A stretch of 64,000 nucleotides of DNA from an uncultured Chloroflexia bacterium (GCA_963827475.1 CAWHAZ010000007.1:95776-159775); one strand, 5' to 3'; positions 31,033-42,315 are shown, counted from the first letter of the stretch. Program-made: numbers and translations. Notes: generated by a model from the letters alone, not told the origin.

Positions 31033-33889
31033 GTGCATTCCGGGTCACAGACCGTGAGTTGGCGCCTGCTCGCTCCGATCGTGGTGTTCTCGCTGGTCGC
31101 GAGCGCCATGCTCGTGGCGGCCCGAGCGCCGCAACCTGAGCCAGGCGGGCGCGTCAGCGACGCCGTCGAGACATCCGCCCGCGACTACTACTACACGCTC
31201 GCCGCGCCACGGGTCCAATCCGATGTCTCGGTCGACCGGTCCGTCGACCAGAACGCAACAACGCAGGGGTCGACGCCTACGGGCCGCTGACCGACCTCCA
31301 GGCGTGGTGGCAGCAGCAGCAGCGAAAGCACTCGCAGGGCTTCCCCCGCGCCGCGGAGGGCCTGGCCCAGGCCGAGGCGCAGGCGGTGGCGACCGGGCAG
31401 AACCCGCGCGCCATCAAGGAGGCCAAGCAGACCCAGCAGGCCCGCCTGCTGACCGTGCTGGTCGAGTTCAACCCCGAGGCCAATGACGACTTCAGCGGCT
31501 TTGAGCGGCTGACCGACATCAACGGCGTGGCCGGCGCGGACTGCGTCGTCGAGCCCGCGGGCACGCTCATCAACGGGCCGCTCCATGACGGCCTGCCGAA
31601 CCCTGCGACGAACGGGAACGGGACCGATAACAACACGTTCTGGGTCGAGGACTTCGAGCGCGCAGCACTACGAAGACCTGATGTTCTCCACGACCGGCAT
31701 CACCGAACGGGTCCGTCCGGACCTCGTCGGTCCTGACGGCGGCGCGGGGATCGACATCAGCGGATTCACCCTCCGCAACATGTACCTCGAGATGTCGAAG
31801 GGCGCCTATGACCTGACCGGCGATGTCGTCGGCTGGGTCGAGCTTCCGCACTCCGAGGGCTGGTACGCCGCCGACACCTGCGCCGCAGGACGGGCGAGCG
31901 ACGTCGGCCACCCGGACAACCCGCGTGACGTCAGCCAGATGGTCGTGGACGCGGTCGATGCGATCGCGGCCGACGACCCGAACTTCCCGTGGGGCGACTA
32001 CGACATCGAGGACCAGGGCGACCTGGACGAGGATGGCAACTTCTTCGAGCCCGATGGCGTGATCGACCACTTCGTGATCGTCCATGCCGGCGCGGGTGAA
32101 GAGGGCGGCGGTGGCGAGCAGGGCGTATACGCCGTCTGGTCGCACTCGTCGGTCGTCGACCCGGCTGCCGGCGGGTACACCATCCCCGGCACCGACATCA
32201 AGGTTTTCAACTACATCGCCCAGCCCGAGGATGCCGGAGTCGGCGTCTTCGCGCACGAGTATGGACACGACCTCGGCCTTCCCGACCTCTACGACGTCGT
32301 TGGTGGCGGAGGGACGTCCATCGAGTTCTGGGACCTCATGAACACCGGCTCGCACTCGGGCCCGGTCTTCCAGTCCATGCCGGCCCACATGGGCCTGTGG
32401 GACAAGTTCGTCCTCGGCTGGGCGGACCCGGTGATCCTCAACCCCGGTGACGATCCGCGGATGGTCCAGGTGGGCCAGACCTCGCGGACGCCGAAGGGGA
32501 CCGCAAGACGGCATCCGGGTCAACCTGCCGAACAAGACCATCGTCCTGGCCGAGCCGCACAGCGGCGCGAACATGTGGTGGTCAAACGCCGACCAGGATT
32601 GGGCCGATGTGAAGACTACCCGCCTGATCGACGTACCGGCCGGTCCTGACGTCCGCTTCTGGATGTGGAACAACTACATCATCGAGTTCGACTCGGGCGG
32701 CGTCTGGGATCCGGCTTCGTCGAGGTTTCGGACAGACGGCGGCAGCACCTGGGTCGCAGCTGGTGGTCAGGGACGAGACAAACGCTGTCGTCACCACCAA
32801 CTGACGGCCACGGCCGGCTCCAGGACTACGGTGGCCTGCAGAACGGCACTGAGCGGAGACAGCCACGGGTGGCGCCACGACTACGTGGACCTCACGCCGT
32901 ACGCCGGCAGCACCATCCAGCTCCGCCTGCGGTACGCCGACCGACGCCGGGTTCCTCGAGCGCGGATGGTTCGCCGACGACTTCTCGCTGACCGCGAATG
33001 GCAGCGAGACCTGGAGCGACGACGTCGAGAGCCGGGGCCGGCGACTGGACCGCGTCGCTCGGCACCTTCGCCGGGACGTCCGGTGCGGGCTGGATCATCA
33101 CCGGCGGCCAGTTCGAGTTCGCGCAGTACTACCTGGCCGAATGGCGGAACCTTGACGGTTTCGACCGCGGCCTGTCGTACACGTACGACTCGGACTACCT
33201 GCGGTTCGACACCGGCGAGTGGGCCGTCCAGCGCGTGCCGTACAACGCACCGGGCATGCTGGTCTGGTACCGCGACATCCAGTACGGCGCGGTCAACAAC
33301 ATCGAGGCAAACCTCTTCGCGTTGCCCAGCGTGGGCGCGAAGGGCGGCCTGCTGATGGTGGACTCGCACTTCGATCCGCTGCGTCGCACCGGCGAGGCCG
33401 CGGCTCACGACCCCACCACGCTGAAGAATATCCAGTCCCGGCCGCAGGCGGCCAATGCGGCATTCGGCGTGCAGTCGACCTACGGCTTCACCGAGTGCCT
33501 CGAGGATCCGCCTGGCTCGTACGTCCTGTACTGCACGGTCTTCGGACCGCAGGCGCCGGTGTCCAAGTTCATGGACACCGTGACCTGGTACCCGGGACTC
33601 GAGCTCCGGCAGCCGGCTGTTCTTCCGCGACAGCGACGCATCGGTGGTGATCCCGTCCGACGGGCACCAGCGATACACCGTCCGGTTCGTGGATCCGGAC
33701 GGGAACCCGCTGCCCGGCTTCTACGGGCTGGATCTCGGAAGCAACATCGTCCTCGGCACCGGGAACCCGGCTGACGGGGACCTGAGCCTCGTCGAGCCCG
33801 TCGACGTGTCGATGGGCGTGATCTTCGAGATCTCGAAGATCGGCAAGGGGAACACGTACGCCCGGATCTTCGTGGATCCGGGGAACTGA
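31033..33889 (+). CDS. Immune inhibitor A-like M6 metalloprotease (several frameshifts)
   Basis: Signal peptide; MYLEMSKGAY; DHFVIVHAGAGEE; FAHEYGHDLGLPDLY; YYLAEWRN; GMLVWY. Confidence 0.85.
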
Positions 33890-33905
33890 CCCCAGAGCAA
33901 CATGG

Positions 33906-33936
33906 GAAGGGCCCGGGCGGATCGCCCGGGCCCTTC
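33906..33936 (+). terminator. Intrinsic terminator after M6 protease
   Basis: GAAGGGCCCGGGCG-GAT-CGCCCGGGCCCTTC 14-bp stem followed by GCTTTCT. Confidence 0.8.
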
Positions 33937-33980
33937 GCTTTCTGACGATTCCGCGACTCGTGGCTAGGATGGCGGCTGCC

Positions 33981-34246
33981 ATGCGCAGCCTTCGAATCGG
34001 GCTGTGGATCGGCCTCGTCGTGCTGGCGGTTGCCTGCCAGCCCGCAGCCAGCCCGGTCCCGAGCCCATCACTACCTGACGCGTCCGACATCGCCCCCGAC
34101 ATCGAGCCGAGCGCGACGCCCGAAGGGCCCGATGGAGAGCCAGATCCCTGGTCGCTCCCGACATCGAGCCCAGCCAGACGCCGGAGCAGCCGCTGGTGGC
34201 TCCGGTCGCCCCCAGCGAGCCGCCCGAGTCGCCGCTGTCCTACTGA
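33981..34246 (+). CDS. Small Pro/Ser-rich lipoprotein (frameshifted), ends ...ESPLSY
   Basis: Lipobox LAVAC-QP; low-complexity body; TGA at 34244-46. Confidence 0.55.
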
Positions 34247-34280
34247 TCTCGGGCGCGGGGGCGGACGCTACCATCGGCCC

Positions 34281-35668
34281 ATGAAGACGCTGATCACCAA
34301 CGGCACGATCGTCAACGCCGATGCCACCACGACGGGCGACGTCCTGGTCGACGGCGAGTCCATTGCCCTCATCGGTACCGATCTCGCGGCATCCACGACT
34401 CCGCCGACAAGACGATCGACGCCAGCGGCAAGTGGGTGATCCCGGGCGCCATCGACGTCCACACCCACATGGAGCTGCCGTTCGGCGGAACGTTCGCCAA
34501 GGACACGTTCGAGACCGGAACCCGCGCGGCGGCCTTCGGGGGAACGACCACGATCATCGACTTCGCGGTGCAGCCGCGGGGCAAGAGCCTGCGCGAGGGG
34601 CTGGATGCGTGGCACGCCAAGGCGGACGGCAACGCGACGATCGACTACGGCTTCCACATGATCATCAGCGACGTCCGCGACGACGTCCTGGCCGAGATGG
34701 ACCAGCTCGTCGACGAGGGGGTGACCACCTTCAAGCTGTTCACCGCCTACCCGGGCGTCTTCTTCTCCGATGACGGGGCCATCTTCCGGGCCATGCAGCA
34801 GACCGCACGCAACGGCGGGCTGATCATGATGCACGCCGAGAACGGGCTGGCCATCGACGTCGTCGCCGGGCAGACGTTCGACGAGGGCCACACCGATCCG
34901 TACTACCACGGCGTCTCGCGCTCGCCCGTCCTGGAGGGCGAGGCCACCAACCGGGTCATTCGCCTCGCCCAGACCGCGGGCGCGGCGGTGTACATCGTCC
35001 ACCTCTCCGCGCGCCATGCCCTCGACGAGGTGCGCCGGGCGCGGGACGAGGGGCTGCCGGCCTACGCCGAGACCTGCCCGCAGTACCTGTTCCTGACCCT
35101 GGACGACATGGGCAACGGCTTCGAGGGCGCGAAGTTCATCTGCTCCCCGCCGCTCCGTCCCGCGGACCACGCCCCGGAGCTGTGGAAGGGCCTCGTCCAC
35201 GACGACCTCCAGGTCGTCTCCACCGACCACTGCCCGTTCGACTTCCACGGCCAGAAGGAGATGGGCCGCGGCGACTTTCGCAAGGTGCCCAACGGCCTGC
35301 CCGGCGTGGAGAACCGGGTCGATCTCATGCACGACGGGGGGGTGGTCGGCGGCCACCTCACCCCGAACCGATGGGTCGAGATCATCTCCACCGCCCCGGC
35401 CCGCCTCTTCGGCCTGCCCCGGAAGGGTGCGGTCGCGGTGGGCGCGGACGCGGACCTCGTCGTGTACGACCCGAACCGGCGCCACACGATCAGTGCCCAG
35501 ACCCACCACATGGACGTCGACTACTCCTGCTACGAGGGCCGCGAGGTCACCGGCGGCAGCGACGTCGTCCTGTCCCGCGGCAAGGTCATCGTCGACGGCG
35601 ACGAGTGGCTCGGGGCCAAGGGGGACGGCCGGTTCCTGAAGCGGGAGCGGAGCGAGTACCTGCGCTGA
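34281..35668 (+). CDS. hydA: Dihydropyrimidinase (frameshift ~34390)
   Basis: MKTLITNGTIV, PGAIDVHTH, FKLFTAYPG, HAENG, ETCPQYL, VSTDHCPF, PNGLPGVE. Confidence 0.93.
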
Positions 35669-35688
35669 CCGCTACCCTCCCCAGACCG

Positions 35689-36292
35689 ATGCGTCCGCGA
35701 TACCTGCTGGGCGCCGCGATCGCGGCGCTGATCCTCACCGCCTGTCAGCCGTCGGCCTCGCCGGCGTCGCCATCCGCCGATGGCTCGCCTGAAGCCGGCA
35801 GGTCCATCGGTCCGATTCCGTCCCTGGTCGGCGACCCCGAGCTCGAGGCCACCCTGCCCGAGGAGGCGGCGGGGATCATCTTCTTCCAGTCGGTGTCGAT
35901 GAGCGGCCCGGACTTCATCGCGACCGAGGTCGACGAGCAGTTCCTGTCGTTCATCGACGAGCTGGGAGCCGACATCGAGGACGTCTCCGTCGCGTTCGCG
36001 CTGGGCGCCAACGCGGATGGGACGAACACCGCCTACGTCTTTGCCTTCCAGGTCGCCGGGCGCCGAATCCGCAGGAACTGATCGACGCGTTCAAGGCCGG
36101 GGCGCCGGACGAACGCGGATCCGCTGGAGTGGACCGCCGAGACGGTCGGCGGCAAGGCCGGTCGAGGTCGCCGTGCCGACCGAGGAGTTCCCGACACCTG
36201 TCGCCCTCTACGCCGTTGGCGACGTCCTGTACTTCGTCAATGCCACCGAGGAGGCGGCCTTCGAGGCGATCCTCGAACAGCTGCCCGAATAG
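35689..36292 (+). CDS. Lipoprotein of unknown function (frameshifted)
   Basis: Lipobox LTAC-QP; DPELEATLP; C-terminal LYAVGDVLYFV...LEQLPE. Confidence 0.65.
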
Positions 36293-36350
36293 GCGCAGAC
36301 AGGGTGCGCACCTGAACCTATCCGCTCTGGATGGCATACTGCCTCCTGAG

Positions 36351-36533
36351 ATGCGAATGCGATCGTTCCTGGCCGCCGCCCTGCTGGCAATCGCCGCCAT
36401 CACCGCCTGCCAGCCCGCTCCCGGTGGGGGTACGGAGTCCGAGGCCCCGCCGAGCACGGCTCCGGCCAGCGGCGAGCCGGCCGGAGAGGGGCCGGAGGCC
36501 TCCGCCACACCTGACGACCCGTACGGGTACTAG
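36351..36533 (+). CDS. 60-aa lipoprotein, ends ...PDDPYGY
   Basis: Lipobox ITAC-QP followed by low-complexity P/S/E/A/G body. Confidence 0.6.
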   Translation: MRMRSFLAAALLAIAAITACQPAPGGGTESEAPPSTAPASGEPAGEGPEASATPDDPYGY

Positions 36534-36580
36534 CCGGGTTCGGCCCGAGCTCTGGGTCCGTCGGCTTACCATTCGAGCGC

Positions 36581-36994
36581 ATGCCGCCAGCGACGACCAG
36601 CCTGGATACTGAAGCGCACCTCCGCCCTGAGCTCCGCGCCTGGCTGCTCGAGAAGCTCCGGTGGCCGGTCCTGGCGACCATCGGCAAAGACGGCATGCCG
36701 AGCCAATCGGTCGTGTGGTTCGATCTCGACCCGACCGATGACGTCGTCGTCATGAACACCCTTGCCGGCCGCCTGAAGCACCGACACCTCCAGCGTGACC
36801 CGCGGGTCAGCCTGTGCTTCGAGGACGAGGAGCACTATCTGACCATCGTGGGCCGAGCTGAGCTCTCCCCGGATCCGGGGATGGAGACGATCTGGGCCAT
36901 GGCCCGTCGCTATGGGGAGGGCGACGGCTCCTTCGCCAAGGGAGAGCGGATCAACATCCGGGTTCGTGTCGAGCGCGTGATCTGGCACCCGTGA
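36581..36994 (+). CDS. PPOX/split-barrel (FDOR) putative F420-dependent oxidoreductase
   Basis: LATIGKDGMPSQSVVWF, RLKHRHLQRDPRVSL. Confidence 0.85.
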   Translation: MPPATTSLDTEAHLRPELRAWLLEKLRWPVLATIGKDGMPSQSVVWFDLDPTDDVVVMNTLAGRLKHRHLQRDPRVSLCFEDEEHYLTIVGRAELSPDPGMETIWAMARRYGEGDGSFAKGERINIRVRVERVIWHP

Positions 36995-37992
36995 GCGGGG
37001 CCATCACTCTCGGGGCACTGCCCTGGCCCCAGTACACCGACTGGGCCTCCCTCCAGAGGGTCGGGATCCGGGCGGAGGAGCTCGGGTACGACTCGCTGTG
37101 GACGTGGGACCACCTCTATCCCATCGTCGGCAGCGCTCATGGACCGATGTTCGAGGGCTACCTGACCCTCGCCGGCTGGGCGTCGGCGACCAGCCGGGTG
37201 CGCATCGGGCTGATGGTCGGCGCCAACCCGTTCCGCAACCCGGCGCTGGTCGGGAAGATGGTCACCCAGCTCGACCACATGACCGGCGGTCGGATGACGT
37301 GCGGGATCGGCGCCGCCTGGTTCGACGACGAGCACGACGACTTCGGGATCGAGTTCGGCAGCTCGCCGGGGGAGCGGCTGCGCTGGCTGGAGGAGGCTGT
37401 CGTCATCCTGCGCGGGATGTTCGACGGGACCGAGCCGTCGGGGACGTCCCGCTACGCGACGCGCAAGGTCCGCAACGACCCGCCGCCGGTGCAGGCCCAT
37501 CTGCCGATCCTCGTCGGTGGCGGCGGTGAGCGGAAGACGCTCCGGATCGTGGCCCGATACGCGGACGCGAACAACCTGGGCGGTGGTTTCGAGCGGGTCC
37601 AGCACAAGGAATCGGTCCTGCTCCAGCACTGCGCCGAAGTCGGTCGCGACCCGGCCGAGATCGAGCGGACCGCGAACCTCGGCGTGGTCGTGATCCGCGA
37701 CACGGCGGAGGAGGCGACCCGGGTCCTCGGGGAGCTGGCCGCGCACAACGGCGGCGCCCGATCGTGGCCGAACCAGCTGGTCGGGACGCCGGAAACGGTC
37801 GCCGCCGAGCTGCGCCGGTTCGTGGGGATCGGCTATCGCCACGTGATCGCCGGCTTTCCGTCCCCATACGACCCCGAGTCGATGGAGCGCCTGGCGACCG
37901 AGGTTCGACCGATGCTCGAGGCGGAGATGGCCGAAGGGCCGCGCCCGGAGCGCGACCCCTCGACCGCTGGAGCGTCGTCGCCGACTACTTGA
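36991..37992 (+). CDS. LLM-class putative F420-dependent oxidoreductase
   Basis: YDSLWTWDHLYP, FRNPALVGKM, GIGAAWF..EH, GGGGERKTLRIVARYAD. Confidence 0.88.
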   Translation: MSGAITLGALPWPQYTDWASLQRVGIRAEELGYDSLWTWDHLYPIVGSAHGPMFEGYLTLAGWASATSRVRIGLMVGANPFRNPALVGKMVTQLDHMTGGRMTCGIGAAWFDDEHDDFGIEFGSSPGERLRWLEEAVVILRGMFDGTEPSGTSRYATRKVRNDPPPVQAHLPILVGGGGERKTLRIVARYADANNLGGGFERVQHKESVLLQHCAEVGRDPAEIERTANLGVVVIRDTAEEATRVLGELAAHNGGARSWPNQLVGTPETVAAELRRFVGIGYRHVIAGFPSPYDPESMERLATEVRPMLEAEMAEGPRPERDPSTAGASSPTT

Positions 37993-38478
37993 TCGAGATC
38001 TGGCAGCCAGCCGGTGCTGGCGGCATCGGTCCCGAACCTGAAGTTGGCGTCGCAGCCCGAGGCCGACGCCGAGGCCTGGATCACCGCCTGGCCCTTCTTG
38101 AAGTGCAGGCCACCCGACGTCGGGCTGGCCAGCACCGAGATGAGGAAGGTGTGCGGCGCGCCGTCGCAGGCAAAGCCGAACGCAACCCACGGTCCCGGCG
38201 GTGCTGCTCTTTCCGATGGCCTGGACGATGTCCACCTGGACAACGGTTCCCTGCTGCGGGAATTCCGGCAGCGCGTCCGGGTTCAGGGTGCAGGTGACCG
38301 TCACCGGAACGTTCACGACCACCTTCTGGCTCAACGTGGCCTGACCAACCTGCACGGTGAGCGTGGCCGCCCCCAGGGTCGGCATGCCGGTGGTCGCGGC
38401 TCCCGCGGTGGCTGGGAGTGCGGCCAGGACGCTGATCACGGCGGCGAGGACCGTGATCCGGATGAATGACTGACGCAT
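37985..38478 (-). CDS. Small secreted beta-rich protein with Cys pairs (frameshifted)
   Basis: Signal peptide MRQSFIRITVLAAVISVLAALPATAGA; VTVTC..., FACDG..., FKKGQA. Confidence 0.55.
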
Positions 38479-38577
38479 GGCTGTCTCCTGTCTGCGATTC
38501 CGTTCGAAACCGAACTGACAGCCACGCTAGGTGCACCCCACTGCGGCACGACTGCGGTCGTCCGTTACCCTCCCGGC

Positions 38578-39511
38578 ATGCGGGTAGCGCTGCTCTCCGG
38601 CGGCACGGGCGGGGCGAAGCTGGCCCACGGGTTCCAGCAGGTCCTCGAGCCCGCCGAACGTCTGAGCGTCATCGTCAACACTGGCGACGACCTCGAGCTG
38701 TTCGGCCTCCACGTCAGCCCCGACCTCGACAGCGTCCTCTACACCCTGGCCGGCCTCGTCGACCCGGTGCGCGGCTGGGGCGTGGCCGGCGACACGGACC
38801 GCGCCCTGCGGATGCTCGAGCGCTACGGCGAGGAAACGTGGTTCTGGGTCGGCGACGCGGACCTCGGGACCCTCGTCCGCCGCTCGGCGCAGCTCCGCCG
38901 GGGCGCAACTCTCACCCAGGTCACCGCCGACATGGCAACCGCCCTCGGCGTGCGCAGCCACGTTCTGCCGGCGACCGACGACCGGCTTCGGACCCAGATC
39001 TTGACCGACGGCGGTGACATCGAATTCCAGCGCTACTTCGTCGAGCGCGGCCAGCGGGACGAGGTGCGCGGTATCAGCTTCGAGGGAGCCGCCGAGGCCC
39101 GCCCGACAGAGGCCGTGCTCCATGCCCTGAACAACGCCGACCTTGTCGTCATCGGTCCATCCAACCCCCTCGTCAGCATCGGTCCCATGCTCGCCATGAC
39201 CGAGCTTCAGGAAGCCGTGGCCGGTTCGCCCGGGAGGCGTCTGGCGGTCAGCCCCATCGTGGGCGGCCGCGCCCTGAAAGGGCCCGACCGACCGGATGCT
39301 TGCCTCGCTGGGCCACGAGGTCAGCGCGGCGGGCGTTGCCAGCATGTACGAGGGCCTGGTGGACGGGTACATCCTCGACGAGACCGATGCCGAGCTGACC
39401 CACGCGGTCGAGGCCATGGGGATGGAGGCGGTGACGGCTCCTACTGTGATGCTGACCGATGCCGACCGCGCGGGCCTGGCCCGATTCCTGCTGGAGACCG
39501 CCGGGCGCTAG
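38578..39511 (+). CDS. cofD: 2-phospho-L-lactate/PEP transferase (F420 biosynthesis; frameshift ~39290)
   Basis: LSGGTGGAKL, VNTGDD, SPDLDSVLYTLAG, IGPSNPLVSIGP, VSPIVGG.ALKGP. Confidence 0.93.
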
Positions 39512-39520
39512 GCTGCGCGG

Positions 39521-40120
39521 GTGACGACGCGGATCATCGTCCCGCACCGCGGCCTGGAGCACGCGAAGACCCGGTTGGCCGGCGTGCTCGAGCCGGCGCA
39601 GCGGGCCGAGGTTGCCGAGCGGCTCCTCCGGCACGTCCTGGATGCTGCCGTGGCCACCGGAAACGAGGTCGCGGTCATCTCCCCCGACGGCGAGCTGGAG
39701 CCTCTGGTCCATTCGGTCGGCGCCCGGCTCACCGTCCAGCACGGTCTCGGCCTGAACAGCGGCCTGCGCGAGGCACGCTCCAAGGCCGTACGGGAGGGCG
39801 TGACTCGCCTGGCGGTGGTCCACGGCGATCTCCCCGAGCTGAGCGCGGAAGACCTGATCGCTCTGCTGGACGCGGTCGGCGGCGACGAGCCAGCGGTAGC
39901 GATCGCGCCCGACGCGGCGGAGACCGGGACGAACGGGCTGGCGATGTCGCCGGCGGATGTCATCGCCTTCCAGTTCGGGGCGAACAGCTTCGCCGCGCAC
40001 CGCGGAGCGGCGCAGCGGAGCGGCGTCCGGACGGTGGTCATCGAGCGACCGGGGCTGGCATTCGACGTGGACACGCCGGCGGATCTCGAGGCGTGGGTGG
40101 CCCAGGGATTCGCCGCATGA
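39521..40120 (+). CDS. cofC: 2-phospho-L-lactate/PEP guanylyltransferase
   Basis: AKTRLA, GLN, HGDLP, GTNGL, FGANSFAAH, FDVDTPADL. Confidence 0.92.
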   Translation: MTTRIIVPHRGLEHAKTRLAGVLEPAQRAEVAERLLRHVLDAAVATGNEVAVISPDGELEPLVHSVGARLTVQHGLGLNSGLREARSKAVREGVTRLAVVHGDLPELSAEDLIALLDAVGGDEPAVAIAPDAAETGTNGLAMSPADVIAFQFGANSFAAHRGAAQRSGVRTVVIERPGLAFDVDTPADLEAWVAQGFAA

Positions 40121-40882
40121 TCGAGCTGATCCCCGTCGAGTGGAATCCCGGAGGTCGAGCTTGGTGATGACCTCGGGGAGCTCATCGCGGCGGCGCTCGG
40201 CGCCGCCGGCATCGGTCTGACCGATGACGACGTCGTGGTCGTGACCCAGAAGGTCGTGTCCAAGGCCGAGGGCCGGGTGGTGGACCTCGAGTCCGTCGAT
40301 CCGCGGCCGCAGGCCACTGACTGGGCGGAGCAGTGGGGGAAGGATGCGCGGCAGGTGGAGCTCGTCCTGCGCGAGTCGGCCGATGTGGTGCGCTGGGCCG
40401 ATGGGGGGCTGATCATCAGCCGCACCCGTCACGGGTTCGTATGCGCCAACGCGGGCGTTGACGTCTCGAACACGGGGCGTGGAGCCGGGGAGCGCGCGAC
40501 GCTGCTCCCCGAGGACCCGGATGCGTCCGCTCGGGGCATCCGGGCGCGCCTCGGCGAGCTGACCGGGGCTCACCCCGCCGTGCTGGTGAGCGACTCGTTC
40601 GGGCGGCCGTGGCGGGACGGGATCACCGACGTGACCATCGGGGCGGCGGGGATCGACGTCCTGGCCGACCTGCGTGGCACCCCGGACGCTGACGGTCGTG
40701 AGCTGCACGCCACCGTGGTGGCGGTCGGGGACGAGCTGGCATCGGCCGCCGAGCTGGCCGCGGGCAAGGCGTCGGGTCAGCCGGTGGTCGTGGTCCGCGG
40801 CTATCGGTACGCGCGCCCCGTTGGCGAGGACCATGGCGCCCGCCCGCTGGTCATGGACCGCGCCCGGAACCTGTTTTCCTAG
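40117..40882 (+). CDS. cofE: F420-0:gamma-glutamyl ligase, no nitroreductase domain (frameshift ~40140)
   Basis: VTQKVVSKAEGR, GFVCANAGVD.SN, LLPEDPDASA, DSFGRPWR.G, DELASAA. Confidence 0.92.
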
Positions 40883-40891
40883 TGCCCTTCC

Positions 40892-41939
40892 TCAGGGGAT
40901 GGGGCGCAGCCGCGGATGGTTGCCCGGCCCCGTCGTCGCGTTGGCAACCACGGTCTCCATGCCCGAGCCGTCGGCATTCATGAAGGCGATGCTGCCAACG
41001 AAGTCCTCGCCCCTGGAGTTCTGGTTAAAGATGATCCGGCCATCCACGGTCCAGCTCGGTTGGCAAGCCCGGCCCTCGCCCGTACCGTAGTTCGTGAGAT
41101 TCGACTGCTCGGATCCGTCCGGGCGGATGGTGAACAGATTCGATAACTCGTCCAGCTGCGCGTGGGTGCTCACTCCGTCGCAGAAGACGATGAGGTCCTC
41201 GTTCGGGTGCCAGTCCGCTGTTGGCCCGAGGAAGACATCGGTGATCGGGTCCGGCTCGGACCATCCGGTGTCGGTCCGTCGAATGACTGCGACCGCGCCA
41301 CCCAGAAACGCCTCCTCCGAGTAGCTATCCAGCGAGATCACGAAGGCGTTCCCGTCGGGCGACCAGCGCGGAAAGGAGTGAGCTTGCCCCGACTCGAGCT
41401 CACCCACCACATCGATGTTCCCGTTCGCGACGTCCACGAGGGCCAGCACGGATCGCGCGGGGAAGACCTCTGCCGGATTGCCCTCGTACGCGATGGCCGC
41501 AACCTGTTGTCCGTCTGGCGACCAGGCCGGGTTGTCCCAGAACAGGCCAGTCAGCTCGGTGGGGTATTCGGTGACCAGGGGCTGCGTATCGGCGCCGAGC
41601 GGATCGGTGATCCAGATCTCGAGCGAATTCTCATCCTGCTGCACGTACGCGATCTGTGATCCATCAGGCGACCAGTCGGCGTGAACCTGGTCGCCCGGCG
41701 GGCCGAGGATGACGTGGTTGCCGGTGCCATCGGGCCGGATGAGGGAGAGCCCATCCGTGACGCCCTGGAACACGATCCACTCCTCGCCGTCGCCTACGGT
41801 CGGAGCCTCGGATGGTGCGCTCGAGGCGTCACCCTCGCTCAGGCGCCGCATCGCTTGGGGCGGGGCTGGTCGATGGGCTCCCGCAGGCGGCTCCGGCCAG
41901 GAGCAGGACGCCCAGGACAAGTCGCCTGGGGTGCGGCAT
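40892..41939 (-). CDS. TolB/PD40 beta-propeller lipoprotein (frameshift ~41840)
   Basis: LAGAAC lipobox; repeated WSPDG motifs. Confidence 0.75.
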
Positions 41940-41950
41940 CGCCGCGAAGT

Positions 41951-42289
41951 CTAGCGACTCGGTTGAAGGAACAGGGAGACGATCTCGCCGCCCTCCACCC
42001 GGAAGTTGGCCTCCACGTGGAGCGGGTCGATCCCCGGCCGGATGACGGTCACGTCCGCGATCAGCGAGGCGCCCATGTTGCGGCTGTCGTTGACGTACAT
42101 CCGGAACCCGTCGCCGGCCCGGATGAACCAGCCGCCCACCCGGTCGCGGCCGCGGAGGTTGGTCCGCTCGTCGGAGCCGGGGGTCGAGATGCCCATGATC
42201 GCGTTCTCCGCGAACAGGTCGACCGCACGCTCACGCTGATCGTCGTTGATCAGCTCGAGGAAGAGGTCGATCGTCTCGGTGGCGCCCAT
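41951..42289 (-). CDS. SnoaL/NTF2-like small protein
   Basis: AVDLFAENA, LRGRDRVGGWF, FRVEGGEIV. Confidence 0.7.
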   Translation of the reverse strand: MGATETIDLFLELINDDQRERAVDLFAENAIMGISTPGSDERTNLRGRDRVGGWFIRAGDGFRMYVNDSRNMGASLIADVTVIRPGIDPLHVEANFRVEGGEIVSLFLQPSR

Positions 42290-42315
42290 GGCCCGGGCAG
42301 GATACCGTGAGGCGA

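Noticed and set aside
36910-38478. 522-aa minus-strand ORF overlapping the LLM gene
   Set aside because: Only the first ~100 codons look real (secreted protein); the rest is frameshift read-through antisense to a well-supported gene.
40892-41939. TolB-like gene with somewhat more A/T in codons (possible horizontal acquisition)
   Set aside because: The shift is modest by eye and no flanking repeats or mobility genes are visible; cannot be supported without computation.
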